This document shows, piece after piece, positions 25,768-36,911 of a stretch of DNA of 64,000 nt. The first letter of the stretch is position 1. Every line of letters starts with the position of its first letter. The stretch lies in NCBI RefSeq assembly GCF_051903065.1, contig NZ_CP178438.1; one strand, written 5' to 3'. Origin of the DNA: Escherichia coli (GTDB lineage: Bacteria > Pseudomonadota > Gammaproteobacteria > Enterobacterales > Enterobacteriaceae). The notes under the pieces are model-generated. The model searched no databases and was not told the DNA's origin. It saw nothing but the letters and a program-made list of their open reading frames with translations. The position numbers and the translations under genes were made by a program.

Positions 25768-25899
25768 AGTACTAAGAATTGATTCAATTATGTATTTTAG
25801 CTTCATTCCTTCATGCAAAATCATTTGGGGGTTCTTATGGGGGTTACTCATTTATCCAACACATACAAATTATTTAAGATCAATGCATTAATACTTATA

Positions 25900-25922
25900 T
25901 TCGACTCCTGTGATCTCCGCCA
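25900..25922 (+). repeat. Imperfect direct repeat of the selC 3' end (attR-like island boundary)
   Basis: ttcgactcctgtgatctccgcca matches the tRNA 3' end ttcgactcctgtgatcttccgcca (23323-23346) except for one missing T. Confidence 0.75.
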
Positions 25923-26559
25923 AAATGCCTCTCCTGACGTTCTCCAACCCCTTGTAATACTGTCAATCCAGATATTTTCTACTGCTCAATATTCAATCGG
26001 CTTCAGGAATACCTGGTCTAAGGTTTTGTGATGGACGATGAGCGGCTGAAGAATCCGCCTGTCGGTTCTTCTGTCCTCGAACGCATCCGCGATATTCACG
26101 CCAGTATGCGCCGTGTTTATTTGCAGGTGATTTGCCCCCCTGCTGACTCTCAGCCAACTGTATCGCCATTAAGGTGAAGATGTTGTTTTACTCGCCCCAG
26201 AACACCCTTTTTTATACGACTATTCTATTTCTTTAACCGCTGGCGAAAAAAAACTGACTATAAACTTCACCAATAATCAGACTGCCATCAAGATTAATTT
26301 GTTCATTTAATATATCAAATCAACTTGTTTTATTTTTACTATCAAAAATAGCTCATTGCCTTACTATAATTAATATATAAATTCGGTAATTAATTCTTAA
26401 CATGCTTTTACTAATAATCTCAATTGCTGGCCCTATAATATTGCGCTAGCATTGCTTTCTGGTTGTATCAGCGATACTCAAAAATTCTTAATACAATACT
26501 CATTCGACTGGTACTTATTTGTAACTCAGTTATATTTTTTCGCCCGGTGATTCAGAAGA

Positions 26560-27744
26560 ATGCAAAAAACGGCTACCACTCCATCAAAAATACTTGATCT
26601 CACTGCCGCGGCATTTTTACTTGTCGCCTTTCTGACGGGTATTGCGGGCGCTCTTCAGACTCCTACCCTAAGTATATTCCTCGCAGATGAACTGAAAGCC
26701 CGTCCTATAATGGTAGGTTTTTTCTTCACCGGTAGCGCTATTATGGGAATTCTGGTCAGTCAATTTCTGGCAAGGCACTCCGATAAACAAGGCGACCGTA
26801 AATTACTGATTCTGCTATGTTGCTTATTTGGAGTGCTGGCCTGCACGCTTTTTGCGTGGAATCGCAACTACTTCATTCTCCTCTCAACGGGCGTACTTCT
26901 GAGTAGTTTTGCTTCCACCGCAAACCCGCAAATGTTCGCCCTCGCCCGTGAACACGCCGACAGAACAGGCCGTGAGACGGTCATGTTCAGTACATTTTTA
27001 CGTGCTCAGATCTCGCTTGCCTGGGTTATCGGGCCACCGCTCGCTTATGAACTGGCAATGGGATTTAGTTTTAAAGTGATGTATCTCACCGCTGCCATCG
27101 CATTTGTTGTTTGCGGACTGATAGTCTGGTTGTTTTTGCCATCAATACAAAGAAATATTCCTGTCGTTACCCAACCCGTAGAAATTTTACCCTCCACCCA
27201 CAGGAAGCGGGATACGCGGCTACTTTTTGTGGTCTGTTCAATGATGTGGGCGGCGAATAATCTCTACATGATAAATATGCCGCTATTTATTATTGATGAA
27301 CTGCATCTAACCGATAAACTGGCTGGAGAAATGATTGGTATCGCTGCCGGTCTGGAAATTCCGATGATGTTAATCGCAGGCTATTACATGAAACGTATTG
27401 GCAAGCGACTATTAATGCTCATTGCTATCGTGAGTGGAATGTGTTTTTACGCCAGCGTACTCATGGCGACGACTCCGGCGGTTGAGCTGGAATTGCAAAT
27501 TCTTAATGCCATCTTCCTTGGTATTCTCTGTGGTATCGGCATGCTTTATTTTCAGGACTTGATGCCTGAAAAAATAGGCTCTGCGACAACGTTATATGCA
27601 AATACTTCACGCGTCGGCTGGATTATCGCCGGCTCTGTTGACGGAATTATGGTTGAAATCTGGAGCTACCATGCGTTGTTCTGGCTGGCGATAGGGATGT
27701 TGGGTATTGCGATGATTTGCCTGCTGTTTATTAAAGATATTTAG
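26560..27744 (+). CDS. setC: Sugar efflux transporter SetC (MFS)
   Basis: 394 aa MQKTATTPSKILDLTAAAFLLVAFLTGIAGALQTPTLSIFLADELKARPIMVGFFFTG... matches SetC. Confidence 0.92.
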   Translation: MQKTATTPSKILDLTAAAFLLVAFLTGIAGALQTPTLSIFLADELKARPIMVGFFFTGSAIMGILVSQFLARHSDKQGDRKLLILLCCLFGVLACTLFAWNRNYFILLSTGVLLSSFASTANPQMFALAREHADRTGRETVMFSTFLRAQISLAWVIGPPLAYELAMGFSFKVMYLTAAIAFVVCGLIVWLFLPSIQRNIPVVTQPVEILPSTHRKRDTRLLFVVCSMMWAANNLYMINMPLFIIDELHLTDKLAGEMIGIAAGLEIPMMLIAGYYMKRIGKRLLMLIAIVSGMCFYASVLMATTPAVELELQILNAIFLGILCGIGMLYFQDLMPEKIGSATTLYANTSRVGWIIAGSVDGIMVEIWSYHALFWLAIGMLGIAMICLLFIKDI

Positions 27745-27854
27745 CTCACCAGTCTGGGCTAAGAAAAATCGGCGTGGCGCAAACAGAGCCATCCTCGCCA
27801 TTTTTGCTATCATGCCTGCATACATAAACGACAAAACAGTATGCAGAGGGAAAA

Positions 27855-28778
27855 ATGGGTTCCACCAGAAAGGGGATGCTGAACGTTCTGATTGCCGCCG
27901 TGTTGTGGGGAAGTTCAGGGGTCTGCGCGCAATACATCATGGAGCAAAGCCAGATGTCGTCGCAGTTTTTGACTATGACGCGTTTGATATTCGCCGGTTT
28001 GATTCTACTGACGCTGTCATTTGTTCATGGCGATAAAATCTTTTCTATTATTAACAATCATAAAGATGCCATTAGCCTGCTGATTTTTTCCGTGGTTGGC
28101 GCGCTAACTGTACAGCTCACTTTTTTGCTAACCATCGAAAAATCGAACGCAGCCACGGCAACGGTGCTGCAATTCCTCTCACCGACGATTATCGTCGCCT
28201 GGTTCTCACTGGTGCGTAAATCGCGCCCGGGCATTCTGGTTTTCTGCGCTATTTTGACATCGCTGGTCGGGACTTTTTTATTGGTGACACACGGTAATCC
28301 GACGTCATTATCGATCTCTCCTGCCGCGTTGTTCTGGGGCATTGCCTCGGCATTTGCTGCTGCATTCTATACCACCTATCCCTCAACGCTAATTGCCCGC
28401 TATGGCACGTTACCAGTCGTCGGCTGGAGTATGCTGATTGGCGGTCTGATTCTGTTGCCTTTTTATGCCAGACAAGGAACAAACTTTGTCGTTAACGGCA
28501 GTTTGATTCTGGCGTTTTTTTATTTGGTGGTCATTGGTACGTCCCTGACATTTAGTCTGTACCTGAAAGGAGCACAATTAATTGGCGGTCCAAAAGCCAG
28601 CATTTTGAGCTGTGCAGAACCATTAAGTAGCGCGCTACTCTCTTTGCTGTTGCTGGGGATCACGTTCACATTACCGGACTGGCTGGGAACGCTGCTGATT
28701 CTGTCATCGGTGATTTTGATTTCAATGGATTCCCGTCGCCGCGCCAGAAAAATAAATCGTCCGGCGCGGCATAAGTGA
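27855..28778 (+). CDS. yicL: EamA/DMT-family inner membrane transporter YicL
   Basis: 307 aa [32 protein letters not shown]... Confidence 0.9.
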
Positions 28779-28781
28779 GAA

Positions 28782-29600
28782 TTACCAGCCAGGCACCGCG
28801 CCACCGTTAAAAATGGTTTCTGCCGCTTTAGCGACTTCGGGTGATTGATAAGATTGCAGAAATTCCTTCACGTTTTCTGCATTCTTATTATCTTCCCGTG
28901 CCACCAAAATATTCACATACGGCGAATTCTTATCTTCAATAAATACGCTGTCGTGCACCGGAGAAAGCCCGGTCTGCTGAATGTAAGTGGTGCTGATAAT
29001 CGCTACATCAACTTTGGGATCATCCAGTACGCGCGGGAGCTGCGCCCCCTCGAGTTCCATAATCTGCAAATGACGAGGATTATCGGTTATATCCAGCGCG
29101 GTAGGTAATAACCCTTTTCCCTCTTTCAGAGTAATTAGCTTCTCTTTTTGCAACAGTAAAAGTGCGCGACCAAGGTTGGTCGGGTCGTTGGGGATCGCCA
29201 CTGTCGCGCCTTCTTTTATTTGCGCCACGGTTTTGATTTTTTTGGAATAACCCGCCATAGGGAAGACAAACGTATTTCCCACCGCTACCAGTTTATAACC
29301 ATGCGCCTGATTATCTTGTTCAAGAAAGGGTCGATGCTGGAAGACATTCGCATCAAGTTCGCCATGATTTGTCGCATCGTTCGGTAGCAACGAACCGCTA
29401 AATCCTACCAGTTCAACATCGAGGCCATATTTCTCTTTTGCCACCTTTTTAGCGACTTCCGCGACATCTTGTTCTGCGCCATTTATAACGCCAACTTTAA
29501 TGTGTTTTGCATCGCTGCTACTCTGGTCGCAACCTGCCAGCAGAATTCCGGCCAGCAATAATGCGGCCCCTGTCCGTAGATGATGTGTTGTCAGTTTCAT
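28782..29600 (-). CDS. nlpA: Lipoprotein 28 (methionine-binding lipoprotein family)
   Basis: 272 aa MKLTTHHLRTGAALLLAGILLAGCDQSSSDAKHIKVGVINGAEQ... with lipobox LAGC. Confidence 0.93.
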   Translation of the reverse strand: MKLTTHHLRTGAALLLAGILLAGCDQSSSDAKHIKVGVINGAEQDVAEVAKKVAKEKYGLDVELVGFSGSLLPNDATNHGELDANVFQHRPFLEQDNQAHGYKLVAVGNTFVFPMAGYSKKIKTVAQIKEGATVAIPNDPTNLGRALLLLQKEKLITLKEGKGLLPTALDITDNPRHLQIMELEGAQLPRVLDDPKVDVAIISTTYIQQTGLSPVHDSVFIEDKNSPYVNILVAREDNKNAENVKEFLQSYQSPEVAKAAETIFNGGAVPGW

Positions 29601-29821
29601 TTTTTTATCCTTTTATTAATGATTACCTGACTATAGCGGTAAGGTCGCTGCGGTTTAAAAAACGAAACGCTATCGATAAGAATAAAAAGGAATAAAAGTG
29701 GAATATAAAGTCTGGCACTTCTTACTGACCACGCAAGCGCGTTTCGTACAGCATGATGAGAGCGATGAAAGCAAACTACACTTATGCTTCATTCGATACA
29801 CATTTGTAAAAGGTTGAATCC

Positions 29822-30115
29822 ATGAAACCAACGACACTACTGCTTATTTTCACTTTTTTCGCTATGCCAGGCATCGTATACGCCGAGTCGCCTTTTAGCT
29901 CACTGCAGTCCGCAAAAGAGAAAACCACGGTATTACAAGATTTACGTAAAATTTGCACGCCACAGGCGTCATTATCAGATGAAGCGTGGGAAAAGTTAAT
30001 GTTGTCAGATGAAAACAATAAACAACATATACGCGAGGCCATCGTGGCGATGGAACGTAATAATCAGAGCAATTATTGGGAAGCGTTGGGTAAGGTAGAA
30101 TGCCCGGATATGTAA
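29822..30115 (+). CDS. yicS: Small secreted protein YicS
   Basis: 97 aa MKPTTLLLIFTFFAMPGIVYAESPFSSLQSAKEK... with signal peptide. Confidence 0.85.
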   Translation: MKPTTLLLIFTFFAMPGIVYAESPFSSLQSAKEKTTVLQDLRKICTPQASLSDEAWEKLMLSDENNKQHIREAIVAMERNNQSNYWEALGKVECPDM

Positions 30116-30155
30116 GAACAGCAACAACTACTGACCAACGCTTCTTTACCTGATA

Positions 30156-31346
30156 TCAGGATTTCTTCATTTTCACCTTTGCAGTAACCAACAATGCAGT
30201 CAGCAACATCAATGTGCCGGACAACATCAACGGCGAAGTCAGACCAATATTATCCAGCGCATAACCGCCGATTGCCGCGCCACAGGTATTAGCAAGCTGA
30301 ATAACCGCCACCTGAATAGACCCGGCTTTTTCTGCCTGATCGGCCAGCGAGCGGGTGATCCACGTTGACCAGCCGACGGGAACCAATGCAAAAGTTAGCC
30401 CCCAGATAATCGCCACGCCGGTAGCAACGATTTTATCGCTTCCCCACAACGTCAGTACCAACGCACTCACAGCCAGTATTAACGGCGCGCCTGCTAAGGC
30501 CAGTTTTACCGAACGTTTAAGAATGAACGACGAAAGCGACGTACCAATAAAGCTGGCGATACCAAAACTCAACAGCACCAGCGTTAAGCCATCCACGCCG
30601 AATCCCGCCAGGTTCATATACACCGGGCGAATATACGTGAAGAAAGCAAACTGCCCGGCGAAAGACATGAAGATGGCGATCATCCCTGCCATCACACCCG
30701 GACGTTGTAATAAGCGGAAAGTATTTTGTTTCTGATGCGAGGGTTCGCCTGGCAGTGAAGGCAATGATTTGATAATCCAGAAAATACACAGCACGCCCAT
30801 CACCGCCGCCGCATTAAAGACATTGCGCCAACCGATAAGCTCGCCTAAAAAACTTCCCAACGGCGCGGCAATCACCAGCGCAATAGAAACCGCGCCGAAG
30901 ATCACCGACAGCGCCTTCGGCACCGTACGCGGCGGCACCAGACGCATGGTCAGCGACGCCGACATCGCCCAGAACCCGCCCAGCGCCAGCCCCAGACAGG
31001 CACGACCGATTAAAAGCAAACTGAATGAGTTAGCAAAGGAAACCAGCAAGCAGGAGAGCGTCAGCAAAACGGCAAACAAAATAACAACGTAGCGGCGGTC
31101 AGTAGCCTGAATTGTCTGGGTAATAAACAAACTGGCAAACATTGCCACAAAGGCGGTCACGGTCACCGATTGCCCGGCAACCCCTTCCGAAATGCCTAAA
31201 TCCTGGGCCATTGGCGTCAACAAACTGACGGGCAAAAACTCAACGATAATCAGACAGGCGACACAAAACGCCACCGAGAAAACGGCTGACCAGTTCGGTC
31301 GGGTGATGGCATCCGCGCCGCGGTTTTCGGCAATAAATTCACTCAT
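30156..31346 (-). CDS. nepI: Purine ribonucleoside efflux pump NepI (MFS)
   Basis: 396 aa from [37 protein letters not shown]...; upstream ORF-track extension rejected. Confidence 0.92.
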   Translation of the reverse strand: MSEFIAENRGADAITRPNWSAVFSVAFCVACLIIVEFLPVSLLTPMAQDLGISEGVAGQSVTVTAFVAMFASLFITQTIQATDRRYVVILFAVLLTLSCLLVSFANSFSLLLIGRACLGLALGGFWAMSASLTMRLVPPRTVPKALSVIFGAVSIALVIAAPLGSFLGELIGWRNVFNAAAVMGVLCIFWIIKSLPSLPGEPSHQKQNTFRLLQRPGVMAGMIAIFMSFAGQFAFFTYIRPVYMNLAGFGVDGLTLVLLSFGIASFIGTSLSSFILKRSVKLALAGAPLILAVSALVLTLWGSDKIVATGVAIIWGLTFALVPVGWSTWITRSLADQAEKAGSIQVAVIQLANTCGAAIGGYALDNIGLTSPLMLSGTLMLLTALLVTAKVKMKKS

Positions 31347-31556
31347 GGTGTTACCCGTGGCATGTTTCAGGGGAAAAGCCGACCACTTTAACATTGAAAT
31401 GTGTGACGCATTTAACGTTTTTGCAACTTTTACGGTGTTGCTTGAGCTGGAGTTAAGATCGAAACGGAACAGGGCAAAGATTACCGGATGCGGCGTGAAC
31501 GTCTTATCCACCCGACAGGTCAGGCGCGGTCTGTAGGCTGATAAGACGAAACGGTT

Positions 31557-32009
31557 TCAATGCAACCAGTGAACGCCCTCGGCAGGCTGAAAGAACGCGT
31601 TATAGCGCATCTGAAAAGCATTAATATCCTGCATTTCAGGTTCGGTTTCGCGCAGAAAACCTAGCGCCAGCCTGACCTGAGCGTCGGTAATCGGCGCGGC
31701 GAGGCGAGCTTTTTGTAAAATCCGATGCCATTGCAGCAGGTTCTGTTCGCTACCATCGACAATGACAATTTGCCAGATGAGCAACACCTGCGCGGCGTTT
31801 TGCAGGTGCGACTCAACCGGACGATGCAAATAACGTAAAAATTCGTCACCAGCTGACTTTCCCATTTGATCGACCATCGACTCCACGGGTACGACATCGA
31901 TGTTCAGCCGATCGCTGAGACGGCGAATCGCTTTTCTGGCCCCGGATGTCAGCACCCGAAAACCAACCACAAACACTACCGCCAGCGTGGCGAGCATTAT
32001 CCAGATCAT
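31557..32009 (-). CDS. yicN: DUF1198 family protein YicN
   Basis: About 150 aa from MIWIMLATLAVVFVVGFRVLTSGARKAIRRLSDRLNIDVVPVESMVDQ... Confidence 0.85.
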   Translation of the reverse strand: MIWIMLATLAVVFVVGFRVLTSGARKAIRRLSDRLNIDVVPVESMVDQMGKSAGDEFLRYLHRPVESHLQNAAQVLLIWQIVIVDGSEQNLLQWHRILQKARLAAPITDAQVRLALGFLRETEPEMQDINAFQMRYNAFFQPAEGVHWLH

Positions 32010-32061
32010 GAGTTCTCCTGCGTAATCAGAACTCATGATATCTGGAAACCCTCGCCAGTTA

Positions 32062-33396
32062 CTAATCCACCAGAATAATCTTCAGTGCAAACAGAGCTGC
32101 GACCACCACCACACACAGGTTCAGATCGCGCCAGCGCCCGGTGCATACTTTCATGATGCAGTACGACATAAAGCCGAGTGCAATCCCTTCGGTGATCGAG
32201 AAAGTAAAGGGCATCATCACCGTGGTAATAAACGCAGGCACCGATTCGGTAAAATCATCCCAGTTAACGCGCGCCAGGCTCGAAGTCATCAGCACGCCAA
32301 CAAAGATTAACGCTCCGGCGGTTGCGTAAGGAGGAACTATCGCCACCAGCGGTGAGAAGAACATAACCAACAGGAACATAACGCCAACCACAACCGCAGT
32401 CAGCCCCGTGCGGCCACCGACTGCCACACCAGAAGTACTTTCAATATAGGCAGTAACAGACGAGGTGCCGATAAACGCACCCGCCACCGAACTGACGCTA
32501 TCAACATACAGCGCCTTATTCATATTGGGGAATTTACCGTTACCATCTATTAAGCCCGCTTTATCAGTTACACCAATTAATGTTCCTGATGAATCAAATA
32601 GGTTGATCAGCATAAAGGAGAAAATGATACCGGCGAGTTCAAGTGTTAACGCGCCGCTCAAATCTACTTCACCAATGACGCCGCTAATATCAGGCGGAAT
32701 GGAATAGACGCCGCTAAAATGAACATCACCGAAAAATAATCCACAGCAAGACGTCACCACAATAGAAACCAGCACCGCGGCATGAAAATGACGTGATGAC
32801 AACACGGTTATAATAAAAAACCCTAAAATACCTAACAACACGCCGTGAGAACTTAAATCGCCAATCATCACCAGCGTGTCTTTATTGGCGACAATAACGC
32901 CAGTATTTTTTAATCCCATTAAGGCGATAAATAATCCAATTCCGCTGGTGATACCAATACGTAAACTTAAGGGAATGTTGGAGATCATCCAGTACCGGAT
33001 ACGAAACAGCGTGAGCAAAAATAGTCCAACTGCGCCCCAGAATATTGCGCCCATCCCGGTCTGCCAGGAGATGCCCATCGCCCCCACGACCACGAAGGCA
33101 AAGAAGGCGTTCAGCCCCATTGCCGGAGCCAGCGCCACGGGTAAGTTAGCAAATATCCCCATCGCAATACTGCCGATACCGGCAATCAAACAGGTGGTAA
33201 CAAACACCACTTTCGGGTCCATTTGTGCCGCGCCGAGGATTTGCGGGTTCACAAAAACGATGTACACCATGGTTAAAAAAGTGGTCATCCCCGCAATCAA
33301 TTCTGTGCGGACGGTGGTCCCATGCTGAGGTAGTTTAAATAATCGCGAAAGCGTCCCTGATTCATTACTCACGTAATCGGTATTGTCATTATTCAT
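32062..33396 (-). CDS. adeQ: Adenine permease AdeQ (NCS2/AzgA family)
   Basis: 444 aa from MNNDNTDYVSNESGTLSRLFKLPQHGTTVRTELIAGMTTFLTMVYIVFVNPQ... Confidence 0.92.
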   Translation of the reverse strand: MNNDNTDYVSNESGTLSRLFKLPQHGTTVRTELIAGMTTFLTMVYIVFVNPQILGAAQMDPKVVFVTTCLIAGIGSIAMGIFANLPVALAPAMGLNAFFAFVVVGAMGISWQTGMGAIFWGAVGLFLLTLFRIRYWMISNIPLSLRIGITSGIGLFIALMGLKNTGVIVANKDTLVMIGDLSSHGVLLGILGFFIITVLSSRHFHAAVLVSIVVTSCCGLFFGDVHFSGVYSIPPDISGVIGEVDLSGALTLELAGIIFSFMLINLFDSSGTLIGVTDKAGLIDGNGKFPNMNKALYVDSVSSVAGAFIGTSSVTAYIESTSGVAVGGRTGLTAVVVGVMFLLVMFFSPLVAIVPPYATAGALIFVGVLMTSSLARVNWDDFTESVPAFITTVMMPFTFSITEGIALGFMSYCIMKVCTGRWRDLNLCVVVVAALFALKIILVD

Positions 33397-33570
33397 TTTT
33401 TTGTCCATTGGAGGAGATTTAATCCCTTGCTTTTGTAAAACAAATGACAACAACGGTTCAGTGATAATTATCACATTTCAATTGCACATTAATGGATATT
33501 CTTTAATAATCTCGCGACGTTTCTTTATGATAAATAATAATCAAATTGATAAAATCAAAATGAGAAAAAT

Positions 33571-35337
33571 ATGAATAATTCTATTAACCATAAATTTCAT
33601 CACATTAGCCGGGCTGAATACCAGGAATTGTTAGCCGTTTCCCGTGGCGACGCTGTTGCCGATTATATTATTGATAATGTCTCTATTCTCGACCTGATCA
33701 ATGGCGGAGAAATTTCCGGCCCAATTGTGATTAAAGGACGTTACATTGCCGGTGTTGGCGCAGAATACACTGATGCTCCGGCTTTGCAGCGGATTGATGC
33801 TCGCGGCGCAACGGCGGTGCCAGGGTTTATTGATGCTCACCTGCATATTGAATCCAGCATGATGACGCCGGTCACTTTTGAAACCGCTACCCTGCCGCGC
33901 GGCCTGACGACCGTTATTTGCGACCCTCATGAAATCGTCAACGTGATGGGCGAAGCCGGATTCGCCTGGTTTGCCCGCTGTGCCGAACAGGCAAGGCAAA
34001 ACCAGTACTTACAGGTCAGCTCTTGCGTACCCGCCCTGGAAGGCTGCGATGTTAACGGTGCCAGTTTTACCCTTGAACAGATGCTCGCCTGGCGGGACCA
34101 TCCGCAGGTTACCGGCCTTGCAGAAATGATGGACTACCCTGGCGTAATTAGCGGGCAGAATGCGCTGCTCGATAAACTGGATGCATTTCGCCACCTGACG
34201 CTGGACGGTCACTGCCCGGGTTTGGGTGGTAAAGAACTTAACGCCTATATTACTGCGGGTATTGAAAACTGCCACGAAAGTTATCAGCTGGAAGAAGGAC
34301 GCCGGAAATTACAACTCGGCATGTCGTTGATGATCCGCGAAGGGTCCGCTGCCCGCAATCTCAACGCGCTGGCACCGTTGATCAACGAATTTAACAGCCC
34401 GCAATGCATGCTCTGTACCGATGACCGTAACCCGTGGGAGATCGCCCATGAAGGACACATCGATGCCTTAATTCGCCGCCTGATCGAACAACACAATGTG
34501 CCGCTGCATGTGGCATATCGCGTCGCCAGCTGGTCGACGGCGCGCCACTTTGGTCTGAATCACCTCGGCTTACTGGCACCCGGCAAGCAGGCCGATATCG
34601 TCCTGTTGAGCGATGCGCGTAAGGTCACGGTGCAGCAGGTACTGGTGAAAGGCGAGCCGATTGATGCGCAAACCTTACAGGCGGAAGAGTCGGCGAGACT
34701 GGCACAATCCGCTCCGCCATATGGCAACACCATTGCCCGCCAGCCAGTTTCCGCCAGCGACTTTGCCCTGCAATTTACGCCCGGAAAACGCTATCGGGTC
34801 ATTGACGTCATCCATAACGAATTGATTACGCACTCCCACTCCAGCGTCTACAGCGAAAATGGTTTTGATCGCGATGATGTGAGCTTTATTGCCGTACTTG
34901 AGCGTTACGGGCAACGGCTGGCTCCGGCTTGTGGTTTGCTTGGCGGCTTTGGACTGAATGAAGGTGCGCTGGCTGCGACGGTCAGCCATGACAGCCATAA
35001 TATTGTGGTGATCGGTCGCAGTGCCGAAGAGATGGCGCTGGCGGTCAATCAGGTGATTCAGGATGGCGGCGGGCTGTGCGTGGTACGTAACGGCCAGGTA
35101 CAAAGTCATCTGCCGTTACCCATTGCCGGGCTGATGAGCACCGACACGGCGCAGTCGCTGGCGGAACAAATTGACGCCTTGAAAGCCGCCGCCCGTGAAT
35201 GCGGTCCGTTACCCGATGAGCCGTTTATTCAGATGGCGTTTCTTTCTCTGCCAGTGATCCCCGCGCTAAAACTAACCAGTCAGGGGCTATTTGATGGCGA
35301 GAAGTTTGCCTTCACTACGCTGGAAGTCACGGAATAA
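33571..35337 (+). CDS. adeD: Adenine deaminase
   Basis: 588 aa [47 protein letters not shown]...; amidohydrolase motifs ([10 protein letters not shown]). Confidence 0.93.
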
Positions 35338-35344
35338 TAAAAAA

Positions 35345-35363
35345 AGCCCGGCGTCATGCCGGG
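35345..35363. terminator. Bidirectional terminator hairpin between convergent adeD and uhpT (gcccggcgtcatgccgggc flanked by A/T runs)
   Basis: Perfect GC-rich inverted repeat with A7 upstream and A4 downstream. Confidence 0.6.
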
Positions 35364-35382
35364 CAAAAGTCACCAGTTACGT

Positions 35383-36774
35383 TTATGCCACTGTCAACTG
35401 CTGAATTTTTTTCTCGCGGCGGATTTTGCGTTCTTCCATTACCGCCACTATCGCCATCAGGCAGATACAACCAATCGCGGCGATATCCAGCGCGGCGAAG
35501 GTGCCTGCCCAGCCGGTAAGGCCGAATACCGGCGTCCCATCGGCAATCATTCCCAGACCTAACTTGGCAAAGCTGTCACCAATCAGGTAAGCAAAGGTGC
35601 CTTTAATACCATCGGCAGCGCCAATCGCTTTTTTAGGTACAAAGCCAACAGCAGCCACACCAATCAACAATTGCGGGCCAAAGACCAGGAAACCCAACGC
35701 AAAGAGAGAAGCCAGATAGATATATTCGTTACTGGCATGTTGATACACACCGAGCGTGGCGATAATCAGCGCCAGCGCGATGCAGGCCACCAGGCCACGG
35801 CGACCGTTCGCCAGGTCAGAGAGCCAGCCCCACAGCAGCGTACCGACCAGCGCACCAGCTTCAAACAGCGTAAAGCCCTGAATCGCCACCGCTTTAGAGA
35901 GTTTCAGTTCCTGGAACGCGTATACGGTTGACCACTGGTCGATACCAATACGTACCACATAGAGGAAAATGTTGGCGAAGCACAGCAGCCAGATCACTTT
36001 GTTTTTCAGCACATACTCAACAAAGATCTGCCACTTGGTCATATCGGTAGATTCTGTCTCTTTGTCCTCTTCGCTGATCTCCTCGCCGAACAGTTCTTCA
36101 GCTTTGCCGAGGCCATAAGATTCCGGGGAGTCGCTGCCGTAACGCAGGCCGATAAAACCGACAATCAGCGCGATAATCGACGGGAAGATAAACATGCCGA
36201 TGACATGGCCATCGAACAGGTAATTTGCCCCGAACAGCGCCACACCTGCTGCGCCTGCACCGCCAAGGTTGTGAGAAATATTCCAGAAACCGAGGAATGT
36301 CCCGCGTTTACGACGCGGCGTCCATTTGGTGATGGTGGAGTAACTGCACGAACCGCCGGTACTCTGGAAAAAGCCGCTTAAGGCGTAGAAGGCAATCATC
36401 AGGAACAGGCTAACCGAGCCGCTGCCCATACTGGCACTGAAGCCCAGCATACAAATAGCAGAGAGGATCAGCATGAACGGCAGGAATTGTTTGGTGTTTT
36501 TGCCGTCGGCGTAGTAGGAAACCAGCGTTTTACCCACGCCATAAGTGATGGAGAAACCCAGGCCGATCATCCCCAGCTGCGTCATGCTCAACCCGTAGGT
36601 CGAAATCATATCGTTCTGCGCGATGTTAAAGTTCTTGCGAATCAGGTACATCGTCAGGTAGCCGATAAAGACCACCAGGTAGGATTGCATGAACGGTTTG
36701 AACCACATTTTGCGCCGCACTTCGAGCGGAAGGTCCAGGGTCGGCTTGCGAACCTGGTTTAAGAAAGCCAGCAT
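35383..36774 (-). CDS. uhpT: Hexose-6-phosphate:phosphate antiporter UhpT
   Basis: 463 aa [50 protein letters not shown]... Confidence 0.95.
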
Positions 36775-36911
36775 GGGTTACTCCTGAAATGAATACCTGC
36801 GTGAGGCATGCATTGTAAAAATCAGCAGCAAATCAGGCCTGAGATAGCGTCCAGGCAAAACCTGGAAAATTTCTTAGTTTTGCCGGATATGAAGTGAAAA
36901 GGTGAGATGCA
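36775..36911 (-). promoter_or_regulatory. uhpT promoter region (UhpA-dependent activation expected)
   Basis: Intergenic interval between uhpC stop and uhpT start; assignment by position and known biology only, no motif resolved. Confidence 0.4.

Noticed and set aside
25813-26031. 72 aa plus-strand ORF
   Set aside because: Spans the attR-like repeat in AT-rich sequence with no RBS; low-complexity translation.
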